Source: Myxococcota bacterium (GTDB lineage: Bacteria > Myxococcota_A > UBA796 > UBA2385). From it: a stretch of DNA of 64,000 nt. The position numbers were made by a program, and so were the translations under genes. Position 1 is the stretch's first letter; each line of letters starts with the position of its first letter. A model generated the notes under the pieces. The model had not been told where the DNA came from, did no database searches, and saw nothing but the letters and a program-made list of their open reading frames with translations. Location: the NCBI GenBank assembly GCA_044344255.1, contig JBIJDH010000011.1, positions 128,001 to 192,000 on the forward strand, read 5' to 3'. Shown in pieces: positions 37,211-49,874 of the stretch.

Positions 37211-40200
37211 TCACAAGGGGCTCCACCCCACCGTCATCCCCACCGACCAGCCCTCGCGGCTCTCCTGGCTCACCTCTTCGCCGGTGGTCTCCCGGATCGG
37301 CCAGTCGAGGAGGTTCGTCGCCTTGAGGCGCAGGCTCCAGTGCTCGCCGAAGCCCTGGGAGCCGACGAGGTCGAGGCGGTGGACGGGCTCCTCGTAGGTG
37401 TCGGGGATGCCGGATGTGCCCACATCCACGATGCGGGGGCCAAAGACATTGTAGAGGAGGGAGGCGGCGCTCCGTCGGTCGGGGTCCTCGTAGCCAAACT
37501 GAGCGTTACAGACCCAGGGCGACTGACCCTGCAGCGGCCGGGTGTCGGAGGTCTGGTTGCCGTCGGTGTCGCTGAGGTCGACCCGCGAGCGGATGATCGA
37601 GCCGTTGGCGGCGATGTAGAAGGGCTCGAGGGGGGCGGCGAGGCGGTCGAGGCGCTGGCGGAGCTCGAGCTCGGCGCCGACGTTGGTGGCGCGGGTGGCG
37701 TTGGCGAAGGTGCCCACCGAGCCCGAGACGGCGCTCACGGCGACGACAGACTCGATCGGGTGGTCAAAGTCTTTGTAGAAGGCGCCCACCGACAGGCTCT
37801 CGCCCGAGCGGGGGTACCACTCCCAGCGGGCGTCGAGGTTGTCGATGGTGGCCCGCTCGAGCTCGGGGTTGCCATAGAGGAGGCGACCGGAGCGATAATC
37901 GTAATAGGCCACCTGAGAGAGCTCGCGCAGCTCCGGGCGGGACAGGGTGCGACCGTATCCGAAGCGGACGAGCATCTGCTCCGGCTCGGCGTCGGGGCCC
38001 ACGCCGACGGTGACCGTCGCGGCGGGCAGCAGGTCCGTCGTCGAGAGCTCCCCGGCCACCGGCGTGAGGCTCGTATCGAAGAGCTCGAAGGTGGAGACGA
38101 CCTGGGTCGACTTTTCCACCCGCGCGCCGAGGAGCGAGGAGACCCGCGGGCCAAAGCGTACGTCCCCCATCAGGAAGGCCGCCTGCTGGTTGAGCTCGGC
38201 GGAGTAGTCGTCCGAGCTCGTCGTGTTCTCTTCGAGCTCGAGGTAGCCCGTGTCTCCCTCCTCCTCGGGGCCGATGTTCTCGGGGACGATGACCTCGCTG
38301 ATCGGGGCGGCGAGGTCGATGCCCTCGCTGCCTTGAAACTGGAAGCCGAAGCGGCGGGTGGTGCTCGTGCGCGACCGGGTCAGCCGGGCGGCGCCGGCCT
38401 TGAGGGCGACCGGGCCGATGGGGTGACTGACATCGAGGCCGAGGTCGGTGCTCGTGTCCTCGAGGGTGGAGTAGCGCAGCTCGTTCCAGGAGCCGCGCTG
38501 GGAGAGCACGAGGCCCTCGTCGGTGGAGAGGTAGGTGTACTCCCGCTGGTCGGGCTCGCCCCGGTTCGCGCGGGCGAAGGCGCCGCGGCCCTCGATCTCC
38601 AGCTTGCCGATCTTCTGTTTTCCAATCACCTGCTCGAAGAGGAGCTGCTGCTCCTCCCAGCGGAGGCGGGTGCTCTCGGTGTCATTGCTGCCGGTGGGGT
38701 CGTCGGCCTTGTAGAGCAAGGCGCTGTTGCCGCTGCTGCGCATCAGCAGGGTGGTGCTGCGGAGCTCACCCGAGGGCCAGGAGAGGCCGACGCTGCCCAC
38801 GCCGCCGAGGCGGATCCGGTTCGTGGTCTCCTTGAAGTCTGTCCGCCGCTTGAGCTCGAGGCCAGAATCCCCCGTGCTGTAGGTGGCCTTGTAGCCCTCG
38901 TCGATGTTCCAGCCGTTCTGATAGACAAAGCCGCCGATGGCGCCGAGCTTTACGGGGCCGATGGGGAGGGTGCCCCCCGCGCTCGCCGACAGGCCGAAGT
39001 CGGGCGGGAGCTGGCGCGGGGTGGTGCCCCAGCGGTTGGGGATCATCTCGCCGAAGGCCTCGAGCTCGTCGGCCGAGTAGCCCTCCTCCGAGAAGATGCC
39101 GCCCGGCTTGATCGCCGCCTCGGCGCTGGCGGCGGCGAGCTCGGACGGGAGCTCCCGGTGCTCGAGGCCGAAGCCGAGCCAGTCCGTGGGGCCGCTCGGG
39201 CCGAAGGCGGCCTGCTGGCGCGTGGTCCCGGCGTCCCAGCTCCCCGAGACAGAGATATTGAGGACAGGCTTTTCGGGGATGCTGCGGCTCCGCACCTCCA
39301 CCACGCCGCCGCCGAATTCGCCCGGGCGGTCGGGGGAGAAGGTCTTCTGGATGACCACCGCCTCGATGAGGGAGGTGGGGAAGAGGTCGAGGGGGACGAC
39401 CCGCTTCTCGGGCTCGGGGCTCGGCAGCGAGGAGCCGTTCAGGAGGGTGGCGGAGTAACGGTCGCCGAGGCCGCGCACGTAGACGTACTTGCCGCCGATG
39501 ACGGTGAGGCCCGTCACGCGGCGGAGGGCCGAGGCGGCGTCGCTGTCGCCGGAGCGGCTCATCTGCTCGGCGCCGAGCACGTCGGAGACGGTGCTCGCGT
39601 CCTGCCGTTCGTCGAGCAACGAGGCGGCGCCGCCGGCGATGCGCGGCTCGCGGACGGTGAGATCGGCGAGCTGGAGGCCCACCTTGGTGAGCCGCAGGGT
39701 GAGGGCCCGCTCCTCGTGGGCCACGACGGTGGCGGTGAGGTTGGTGGTGCCGTAGCCGGCGGCCAGGGCCGAGAGCTCTCGCTCGCCCTCGGGGAGGCTC
39801 AGGCGGAAGCGCCCCTCGCGGTCGCTCTTGGCCTCGACGGGCAGCCCCCGCACGAAGACCCGCACCCCCGCGAGCGGCCGCCCTGACTCGTCGTCCACCA
39901 CGAGGCCCAGGAGCTCACCGGGCGGGCCGGAGGCGGTCTCCTTGCGGGCGGCGTCGGCCGAGGGTGACTCGATCTGCACCACCGGCGGCGCCCCCTCGCT
40001 GAGCAGCACCTCGGTGCTGAGCCCGGCGACGAGGGTGGTGGAGACCGGGACCGCCCCGCCGGGCGCGCGGATGAGCAGCTCGACGGGCCCATCCGGAAGG
40101 TTCAAGCGCCAACCTCCCTCGGCGTCGGTCACCGTCTGGGCGCCGCCGGCCTCGACCTCGACCCCCGCGAGGGGGCGCCCCTCCCGGTCGAGCACGAAGC

Positions 40201-40252
40201 CGTGGAGGTCGGCCGCCGCGGCGAGGGCGCCGCCGAGCAGGAGGCCGATCAC
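37211..40252 (-). CDS. TonB-dependent receptor with N-terminal carboxypeptidase-regulatory-like domains
   Basis: Plug motifs ALRRVTGL, YVYVRGLGDRY, PLDLFP, KTFSPD; barrel motifs RPELREL, GNPEL, LQGQSP. Confidence 0.92.
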   Translation of the reverse strand: MIGLLLGGALAAAADLHGFVLDREGRPLAGVEVEAGGAQTVTDAEGGWRLNLPDGPVELLIRAPGGAVPVSTTLVAGLSTEVLLSEGAPPVVQIESPSADAARKETASGPPGELLGLVVDDESGRPLAGVRVFVRGLPVEAKSDREGRFRLSLPEGERELSALAAGYGTTNLTATVVAHEERALTLRLTKVGLQLADLTVREPRIAGGAASLLDERQDASTVSDVLGAEQMSRSGDSDAASALRRVTGLTVIGGKYVYVRGLGDRYSATLLNGSSLPSPEPEKRVVPLDLFPTSLIEAVVIQKTFSPDRPGEFGGGVVEVRSRSIPEKPVLNISVSGSWDAGTTRQQAAFGPSGPTDWLGFGLEHRELPSELAAASAEAAIKPGGIFSEEGYSADELEAFGEMIPNRWGTTPRQLPPDFGLSASAGGTLPIGPVKLGAIGGFVYQNGWNIDEGYKATYSTGDSGLELKRRTDFKETTNRIRLGGVGSVGLSWPSGELRSTTLLMRSSGNSALLYKADDPTGSNDTESTRLRWEEQQLLFEQVIGKQKIGKLEIEGRGAFARANRGEPDQREYTYLSTDEGLVLSQRGSWNELRYSTLEDTSTDLGLDVSHPIGPVALKAGAARLTRSRTSTTRRFGFQFQGSEGIDLAAPISEVIVPENIGPEEEGDTGYLELEENTTSSDDYSAELNQQAAFLMGDVRFGPRVSSLLGARVEKSTQVVSTFELFDTSLTPVAGELSTTDLLPAATVTVGVGPDAEPEQMLVRFGYGRTLSRPELRELSQVAYYDYRSGRLLYGNPELERATIDNLDARWEWYPRSGESLSVGAFYKDFDHPIESVVAVSAVSGSVGTFANATRATNVGAELELRQRLDRLAAPLEPFYIAANGSIIRSRVDLSDTDGNQTSDTRPLQGQSPWVCNAQFGYEDPDRRSAASLLYNVFGPRIVDVGTSGIPDTYEEPVHRLDLVGSQGFGEHWSLRLKATNLLDWPIRETTGEEVSQESREGWSVGMTVGWSPL

Positions 40253-41418
40253 GAGCAGCCCCAGGTGGGGTCACAGGCCGCCATCGCCGCCCGCAGCTCG
40301 GTGGCGCGGGCGAAGGCCTCGGGTGAGCTCAGGCCCTTGAGCCAGGCCTCGGCCCGGACGTTGTCCCCCTGGCGGAACCAGGCGAAGGCGAGGCCGTAGG
40401 CGATGTCGTCGTCGGTGCTGAGGCCGAGGCGGCGGAGCCGGTCTTCGAGGGCGACGGCGGCGTCCCAGTCCTCGGCCTCGAGCAGGAGCCCGAGGCGCTG
40501 CCGGGCCTTGGCCTTGGGATCGGGCACCCCCGCGTTCGTGCGGAGGGCGGCCTGGAGGTCTCCGGCGCGGCGCCAGGCCTCGGCCGCCTCGAGGGCGAGG
40601 GCGGGCTCGAGCACGGCGGCCCGGAGGAGGAAGCGGGCGGCGGCGCGCGGCTGGCCGTCGTCGAGGGCGGCGCGGGCGGCCTCGACGAGCAGGTCGCGGT
40701 CCTCGCCGGAGCGGAGCAGGGCCGCCTCGAGGATGGTGAGGGCCTCGGTGGTCTCCCCGCCCCGCCGGAGCGCCTCCGAGATGGCGAGGGCGTCGGCGTT
40801 GGTCGCGTCGGGGCGGTCCAGATCTCGCTCCCCGAGCTCGCGGGCCTCGCGGAAGAGGCCGAGCCGCACGAGCAGATAGACCTGCTGCCGCCGCAGATCG
40901 GCCTGCTCGGGGAAGGCCGCCGCGCCGGCCTGGAGGGCGGCCCAGGCGGCGTCAAGGTCACCCCGCCGCTCCTCGGCCTCGGCGCGCAACAGGAAGGAGC
41001 CGGGGAGGCTCCGGCCCACCGCCCCCGCGCGGTCAAGGGCGGAGACGGCGCCGGCCGGATCACCGCTGGCGAGCAGGGCGCGGGCGAGGTGCAGCTCCAG
41101 CAGCTCCCGCCCCTCCGTGGCCACCGCGAGGGCCGCGGTGAAGGCCCGGGCGGCCGCGGGGGCGTCCTTGTCGTGGAGCGCGACGAGGCCCACGAGGGTG
41201 TGGTAGCGGGGCCGATCGACGCCCGGGGCGCCCGCGTCGATGGCCCGGAGGAGCTCCCCGGCCCGCGCCCAGTCCCCCTCGCGCACGAGCATGCCTGCGA
41301 CCGCGACGCGCTCGTCTGGGGCCGCCTCCTTCTTTCGCGGGCCGCCGAGCGCGAGGCCGCCGATGAACAGCAGCAGGCAGAGGGCGGAGGCCGAGGGTCG
41401 GGGCAGGGCCATGCTCAC
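40249..41418 (-). CDS. TPR repeat protein (TtpD-like)
   Basis: Signal peptide, Ala/Leu-rich helical repeats; coupled to tonB and the receptor. Confidence 0.75.
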   Translation of the reverse strand: MSMALPRPSASALCLLLFIGGLALGGPRKKEAAPDERVAVAGMLVREGDWARAGELLRAIDAGAPGVDRPRYHTLVGLVALHDKDAPAAARAFTAALAVATEGRELLELHLARALLASGDPAGAVSALDRAGAVGRSLPGSFLLRAEAEERRGDLDAAWAALQAGAAAFPEQADLRRQQVYLLVRLGLFREARELGERDLDRPDATNADALAISEALRRGGETTEALTILEAALLRSGEDRDLLVEAARAALDDGQPRAAARFLLRAAVLEPALALEAAEAWRRAGDLQAALRTNAGVPDPKAKARQRLGLLLEAEDWDAAVALEDRLRRLGLSTDDDIAYGLAFAWFRQGDNVRAEAWLKGLSSPEAFARATELRAAMAACDPTWGCS

Positions 41419-42077
41419 TCCAGCTCGAAGCGGAGGGTCTGGCGCACCCGCACCGCCACCGGCGCGCCCTCCTGGAGGCCGGGGTCGAAGGTCCAGCCAG
41501 AGGCCGCCTCGAGGGCCGCCGCGTCGAAGACGCCGGGGGGCACCGACTCGACGATGTGGAGATCTTCCACGCTCCCGTCGATGTCGACCACGAAGCTCAC
41601 CGTCACCCGACCGGTCTGCCCGTTCTGCCGCGCCCGGGCCGGGAAGGTGGGCGGGCGCTGCTCGGTCGGCCGGGGCGGCTCTTCGACCTCCTCCTCGCTC
41701 ATCACCCGCGTCCCCACCTGGTCGAGCAGGGCGGAGGTGGCGCCGACCATCGCGGCGTCGGCGCCGCGGTCGAGGCCGAAGTCGAGCCCGGCGAGCCCGG
41801 CGGCCAGCGCGGGGGCGGCCGAGGGGGCGGCGCGGGCCGCCTTCTTCACGGGGGAGCTGCGGGCCTTTCGCGGCGCCGTACGGCTCTGCCGCTCGGGGGC
41901 GGCGGCCATCAGCTCGACGGCGGACTCGAGCTCGGGCGCCTTCTTCTCCACCTGGGCGTTCATCCCGAGGCTGAGGCCCACGACGCCGAGCGTACCGAGC
42001 AAGCTGATGACGAGGGCGCCCACGTGGCGAGCGAGGCCCCCGCGCGTCCGGCCCGGCGCGCCCCGCTCACTCGGCAT
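41415..42077 (-). CDS. tonB: Energy transducer TonB
   Basis: N-terminal TM; PTFPARAR...G.V.VSFVVDIDGSV...VFDAAALEA..W.F.P. Confidence 0.9.
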   Translation of the reverse strand: MPSERGAPGRTRGGLARHVGALVISLLGTLGVVGLSLGMNAQVEKKAPELESAVELMAAAPERQSRTAPRKARSSPVKKAARAAPSAAPALAAGLAGLDFGLDRGADAAMVGATSALLDQVGTRVMSEEEVEEPPRPTEQRPPTFPARARQNGQTGRVTVSFVVDIDGSVEDLHIVESVPPGVFDAAALEAASGWTFDPGLQEGAPVAVRVRQTLRFELE

Positions 42078-42465
42078 CGGTGACCACGCCCACGTTGGTC
42101 GCGCCGGCGAGGCGGCACTTGTCCACCACCTCGATGAGCTTGTCGGCCGGCACGCGCCGATCGGTGACCACGAGCACCGTCTTGTCCCCGCCGGGGCCCA
42201 GGGCGTCCCGCACCCGGCTCTGCACCATCCAGGGCCGCACCGGCGCCTCGTTGATGTAGACGTCGAGGGCGCGGTCGATGTAGACGCGCAGCGCCTTGCT
42301 GTTCGCCGGGGTGGCGCTCTGGGCGCCGGGGCGCTCGATCTGCAGCTCGGCGTCCTTGGCGAAGGTCGTCGTGACCATGAAGAAGATCAAGAGCACGAGG
42401 ATGCAGTCGATGAGCGGCACCACGTCGATGTGCGGGTCCTGATGGGCCCCACGAGCCTTCCTCAT
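42067..42465 (-). CDS. exbD: Biopolymer transporter ExbD
   Basis: IDVVPLIDCILVLLIFFMVTTTF. Confidence 0.93.
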   Translation of the reverse strand: MRKARGAHQDPHIDVVPLIDCILVLLIFFMVTTTFAKDAELQIERPGAQSATPANSKALRVYIDRALDVYINEAPVRPWMVQSRVRDALGPGGDKTVLVVTDRRVPADKLIEVVDKCRLAGATNVGVVTDAE

Positions 42466-43121
42466 GCGCGCACCGCCCGGGCCCCTTCGGCCGCCGCGCC
42501 CGGCTGGAGCGCCCCGCCGAGCAGGGCCTTCAGGGCGTCGAACTCCAGCTCCAAGGTCTGCTGCTTGTGGTAGAGCATGCCGCCCGCGAGCAGCCCGGGG
42601 ACGGCGATGGCGAGGCCCATCTGGGTGGCGTAGAGCGCCTCGACGATGCCGCCCGCGATGCCCTCCGACGCGCTCGAGGTGGAGGACTGACCGAGCGAGC
42701 CGAAGGTCTCGATGAGGCCGGTCACGGTGCCGAGGAGCCCGAGCAGCGGGGCCATCGAGACGAGGCAGGTGACGAGCCCGGTGCCGGCGCGCAGCTCGTC
42801 CTCGAGCTCGCCCAGGTGGAGGTCGAGCAGGCGCCGCGAGACCGGGAGCCCGTGCTCGAGGCGGAGGAGGGCGCCGCGGCGGGCCGCCTCATCGACGAGG
42901 CCGCGGGTACGGGCGGTCGGCGCGGCGGTGAAGTGGTCGAGCAGGCCGCGGAGCGACCGGCGGTCCCCGCGACGCAGTCGGAGGATGCGCAGCCCGAGCG
43001 CGTACCACAGCACGGCGGCCGTCACAAAGAGTGACGGCATGACAACACCACCGTAACGCCAGAGATCGTAGACCTGGGTCCACAGCGATATCAGGAACGG
43101 GGATGTCAGAAACGGGGTCAT
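42462..43121 (-). CDS. exbB: MotA/TolQ/ExbB proton channel protein
   Basis: APLLGLLGTVTGLIETF; GI.EALYATQMGL.IAVP. Confidence 0.9.
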   Translation of the reverse strand: MTPFLTSPFLISLWTQVYDLWRYGGVVMPSLFVTAAVLWYALGLRILRLRRGDRRSLRGLLDHFTAAPTARTRGLVDEAARRGALLRLEHGLPVSRRLLDLHLGELEDELRAGTGLVTCLVSMAPLLGLLGTVTGLIETFGSLGQSSTSSASEGIAGGIVEALYATQMGLAIAVPGLLAGGMLYHKQQTLELEFDALKALLGGALQPGAAAEGARAVRA

Positions 43122-44443
43122 CAGCCGCTCCCCCGCTCGGCCTGCTCGAGGGCGTTCAAGAGCCCGAGCGCGCCGCGGTCAAGGGTGGTCTTCACCGACT
43201 CACCGATGCTGGCCAGCACATTACCCGCGAGTAACGTCGGGATCGCCACCGAGAGCCCGAGCGCGGTGCAGATGAGGGCCTCGGCGATGCCCGCCGACAT
43301 CAGCTTGGGGTTGCCGGTGCCGTGCTCGGTGATGACGTCAAAGGTGGCGATCATGCCGGTGACCGTGCCCAGGAGCCCGAGCAGCGGCGCGCCGGCCGTG
43401 ATCACCGTCAGCGCCGAGGCGAAGCGGTCGATGCCCGGCGTCTCCTTGAGGATCGACTCATCGACCACCCGGTCGAGCTCCTCCTGGCTGCGGTCGCGGG
43501 CCTGGAGCACGGAGCGCAGGGTGCGGGAGATGGGCCCGCCCACCCGGCCGACGGCGCGCTCAGCCTCCTCGAAGCGCCCGGCGGCGGCGGCGGCGGTGAC
43601 GGCCTCGACCAGGGCCATCCCCCCGCGACGGGCGAAGACGAGGCCGAGCGCGCGGACGATGACGAGGCAGAGGCTGACCATGCCGAGCCCGAAGAGGAGC
43701 TGGCCCATGGTGCCGGCGTCCGTCAGGACCTGCCCGAGCCCGCCGCCCTCCTCGGCCTCCTCGACCTTCTTCTCGGCCTCGAAGAGGTAGAGCTCGAGCG
43801 CGGGCGGCTGCTGGTCGGCCGCCAGGGCGAGCGCGGTCTCTCGGCCGAGCTCCCGGCGGAGCTGCAGGCGGCCCTCGCCCGCGGGGGCGAGCGAACCGGC
43901 GGCGGCGGCCGCGCTGCCCCAGGCGCCGATCTCCCCCCAGGCATAGACCTTCCCCTGGACGAGACTGCCGTCGGGCAAGAAGAAGGCCTCCTCTCGCCAA
44001 CCCACGGCCCGCTGTTCGCGGAGGCGGGTCGCCGCGGCCTCGAAGGTGGTGGTCACCTGGGTGGGCGGGGCCAGCGGTGGCTCGGCGCTCGGGAGCCCGA
44101 GGGTCTCGGCGGCCTGGCCGAGGGTGGAGCCGAGCAGCGCGCCCGCGTCGTCCATCGCCGCCGTCTGCCGCTCGAGGGCGTCGAAGCTGTCCTCGGCCTG
44201 GTCGGCCCGTCGGGTCACCGAGACGAGCCGGCCCTGGAGGCGGTCGAGCTCCTGGTCGGCCAGGGCGAGGCGGGTGCGCCGCTCGGCTTCCAGCTCCTGC
44301 TTCCGCTCCAGGAGCTCCGCCCGCTCGGCCTCCAGATAGGCGTACTCCTTCTGATAGGCCTGCTCCAGGCTGCTGCCCGGCTCGGCCTGACTCACACCCA
44401 TCGACAGGAGGACCGGGACGAGGACCGGGAGGAGCAAGCTCAT
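43121..44443 (-). CDS. Long ExbB-like protein with periplasmic coiled coil (TtpC-like)
   Basis: Signal peptide, coiled coil, C-terminal APLLGLLGTVTGMIATF...GNPKLMSAGIAEAL. Confidence 0.85.
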   Translation of the reverse strand: MSLLLPVLVPVLLSMGVSQAEPGSSLEQAYQKEYAYLEAERAELLERKQELEAERRTRLALADQELDRLQGRLVSVTRRADQAEDSFDALERQTAAMDDAGALLGSTLGQAAETLGLPSAEPPLAPPTQVTTTFEAAATRLREQRAVGWREEAFFLPDGSLVQGKVYAWGEIGAWGSAAAAAGSLAPAGEGRLQLRRELGRETALALAADQQPPALELYLFEAEKKVEEAEEGGGLGQVLTDAGTMGQLLFGLGMVSLCLVIVRALGLVFARRGGMALVEAVTAAAAAGRFEEAERAVGRVGGPISRTLRSVLQARDRSQEELDRVVDESILKETPGIDRFASALTVITAGAPLLGLLGTVTGMIATFDVITEHGTGNPKLMSAGIAEALICTALGLSVAIPTLLAGNVLASIGESVKTTLDRGALGLLNALEQAERGSG

Positions 44444-45240
44444 GGTGCGCTCGTGCCGTTGGGGTTCGGGAGCGTGAAGGCGCCGCTCCGCACGCCGTGG
44501 CGCAGCTTCTCGAAGAGGTGCTCGACGGCCTTCTGCTGATCGCGGTCGGTGAAGACCACCCAGGTCCAAGCGCCTCCAGACCCGTCACCCGACTTATCAA
44601 CCTGTCGGCGGGCGGCGCCCACCACCCCGCCGTCTGTCCGGAAGTACAGGGCGACCATGCCGAGGCGGGCCACCTCGGCCAGCACCTCTCCCTCGGGGAG
44701 GGCGACGATCTGCCGATCAAGGGCGTTCTCGCGGGAGAGCCGGAGCTCGTCCTCGACGAAGGCCCAGAGGCGGGCGCTGGCGGCCTCCGGGGTGACGATG
44801 CCCTGCTTGAGGTCGTTGTCGAGGCGGTCGAGCTCGGCCAGCCGCTCGGCGCTGCGGAAGGGGAGGCCGGCCTCGACCTCGGCCCAGATGAGGCGGATCG
44901 AGGCCTGCAGCGCCGGTCCGAGATCGGAGGCCTCGCCGCTGTGGGCGCTGAGCTCCGTCACCCGGGAGGCCGCCTCTCCCTCGATCTGCGCGAGGCGCAG
45001 CTCCTCCCGTCGGAGCTGCACCTCGATCTCCAGCTTCTGCGCCTCCGTGGCCTTCAACCGGGCCCGGAGCTCCTCCTTGTCGAGCTGCAGCTCATGGGAG
45101 AGGGTCTCGACCTCCCGCCGCAGCCGAGCGAGCTCAGCGGCGCGGGAGTCGGTGGAGTCGGCCGCCCCGGCCACCCCGGCCGGGAGGCCGAAGAGGGCGA
45201 GGCAGACGAGGAGCAGTCGCGAGAGAGACGGCCGGAGCAT
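44440..45240 (-). CDS. DUF3450 family protein (TtpB-like)
   Basis: Signal peptide, coiled coil, LPF...ER..., RLGMVALYF.T.DG. Confidence 0.8.
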   Translation of the reverse strand: MLRPSLSRLLLVCLALFGLPAGVAGAADSTDSRAAELARLRREVETLSHELQLDKEELRARLKATEAQKLEIEVQLRREELRLAQIEGEAASRVTELSAHSGEASDLGPALQASIRLIWAEVEAGLPFRSAERLAELDRLDNDLKQGIVTPEAASARLWAFVEDELRLSRENALDRQIVALPEGEVLAEVARLGMVALYFRTDGGVVGAARRQVDKSGDGSGGAWTWVVFTDRDQQKAVEHLFEKLRHGVRSGAFTLPNPNGTSAP

Positions 45241-45255
45241 GCAGAGAGACCCCCT

Positions 45256-46635
<1,380 letters not shown>

Positions 46636-46704
46636 GGAAATACCCGATTCCTCGGGGAATGGCGGGGGCTCCGCTTTCCGAGGTGCGACTTTTACCGGCG
46701 CCTC

Positions 46705-46722
46705 ATGGCAGCTCTGTGTCAA
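46705..46722 (-). promoter_or_regulatory. Putative Pho-box-like site upstream of the lipoprotein/TonB operon
   Basis: Minus strand TTGACAC-AGAG-CTGCCAT, followed 10 nt later by TAAAAG. Confidence 0.35.
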
Positions 46723-46907
46723 GGAGGGAGCGGGGGAGAGACGGGCCAGTGTCCGCCCGCTCAGAGCGCCTCATGATTCCTGTTGATCCTATATTTTTCC
46801 AACGTCCCTACCCATTCGTCAGAGTTCGGTCACTCGGGTGTGTCATCAACAGGGCGGCAACGTGGCGAGGACCGAGCGCTCGCGCGACAGGACCGCGGCG
46901 GAGCGCC

Positions 46908-47728
46908 TCACAGCGGGCAGGCCTCCTCGACCATCGAGCGGCGGCGCAGCACGAGGCGGCGCACGGCCGGGGCGTCGGGCAAGGCCACCCCCGAGGACTC
47001 CGCCTTCGCCACCGCTGCCGCCGCCGCGTCGAGCCAGGCGTAGATGGGCGGGGCCGTCTCGGCGCAGCGGGCGGGGTCCTCCTTGCCGGCGGTGGCCGCC
47101 ACCAGCGCCCGCGCCTGGAGCAGCCACAAGAGGCCTTGGAAGCGGGGCGCGGTGCCCGAGAGCTGGAGCGCGCCCTCGACGATGCGGAGGGCCTCCTCGG
47201 GCTTGTCCTGACGCAAGCGGACCTCGGCGAGGCCGAGCGGGTACTCCGCCTCGTTGGGCCGGCGGTTCACGAGGCTCTCGTAGATCCGCGCCGCCCCCTC
47301 GAGGTCGCCCGTCGCGAGGTCGAGCAGGGCCTGGCTCGCCAGCACGCCGGGGTCCTCCGGCGCGGCGGCCGAGGCCTTGCCGAGCCAGGTGCCGGCCTGC
47401 AGGAGGTCACCCTCGCTCAGTGACACGCTCCCGAGGCCGCGCAGGCACTCCGCCGCCTGCGGGTCGAGGTCGACGCAGCGCTGGAAGGCGGTGCGCGCCG
47501 CCGGTCGTTGGCCGGCGAGCTGGTAGGTCCAGCCGAGGCCAGCCAGCGCCGCCCCATGGGTGGGGTCCTTCTCCAAGGCCCGCCGGAAGTGGGCCTCGGC
47601 CGCCGAGAGATCGTGCGCGCGCAGGGCGGTGCGGCCCTCCGCCTCCTCATGGTCGGCCGAGCAGCCGAGCAGGGCGAGGAGCCCGAGCAGGGGAGGCAGG
47701 CCGCGGGACCGCCACCGGCACCCCGCCC

Positions 47729-47732
<4 letters not shown>
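46908..47732 (-). CDS. TPR repeat lipoprotein
   Basis: Lipobox LLGC; TPR consensus repeats; ATGA overlap with the upstream regulator. Confidence 0.8.
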
Positions 47733-49153
<1,421 letters not shown>

Positions 49154-49199
49154 GGGCCGCACTATACCGTCCGGGAGGTGGTCCCCTCCGGTGGTCCCC

Positions 49200-49874
49200 T
49201 CAGGTGGTCCCGCCGACGAGCCCGAGCAGGGCCGCCGAGAGCGCCCGCGCCGGCGCGCCGACGTCGAAGCCGAGCAGCTGGACCAGGATCAAGAGCAGCG
49301 CCATTCCGAGGGCAGACCGCCCCTGGAGCCACTCCCAGGGCCCCCGCAGCGCGCTCGGGAGGAGGTAGTCCACGACCCGGCTCCCATCGAGGGGGGGCAC
49401 CGGCAGGAGGTTGAAGAGGGCCAGCGCCACGTTCAGCACGAGCACCGAGGCGAGCAGCCGCCCGAGCGCGCCCGCGCCGCCGAAGGCGCCCAGCACGGCC
49501 AGGGTCGCCCCGCAGCCGAGCGCGATGGCGAGGTTCGAGAGGGGGCCCGCCGCGGCCGTGAACAGCATGCCGAGCCGACCGTCCCCGCCCCCTGCGAAGC
49601 GCGCCGGGTTGACGGGCACCGGCCGCGCCCAGCCGATCGGCAGCCCGAGCAGGGGCAGCACCACCGTGCCGAGGAGGTCGATGTGGGCGATGGGATCGAG
49701 GGTCAGCCGCCCCTCGGCCTCGGCGGTGGTGTCGCCCAGGAGGGCGGCGGCCCGGGCGTGGGCGTACTCGTGGACCGTGAGCGAGAGCAGGAGCGGGATC
49801 CAAGCCGTGAGCCGCTCCTGGAGCAGAGGCCCCAGGGTCTCGACGAGGCCCACCGCGAGCCCGCTGAGGCTCAT
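49200..49874 (-). CDS. Site-2 protease (peptidase M50)
   Basis: HEYAH, AGPLSN and [10 protein letters not shown]. Confidence 0.92.
   Translation of the reverse strand: MSLSGLAVGLVETLGPLLQERLTAWIPLLLSLTVHEYAHARAAALLGDTTAEAEGRLTLDPIAHIDLLGTVVLPLLGLPIGWARPVPVNPARFAGGGDGRLGMLFTAAAGPLSNLAIALGCGATLAVLGAFGGAGALGRLLASVLVLNVALALFNLLPVPPLDGSRVVDYLLPSALRGPWEWLQGRSALGMALLLILVQLLGFDVGAPARALSAALLGLVGGTT

Noticed and set aside
26675..37395. Diversity-generating retroelement (template/variable repeat pair) formed by the receptor 3' end and its copy
   Set aside because: Mismatches are not adenine-specific, include an indel and synonymous C/G swaps, and no reverse transcriptase is present in the window.
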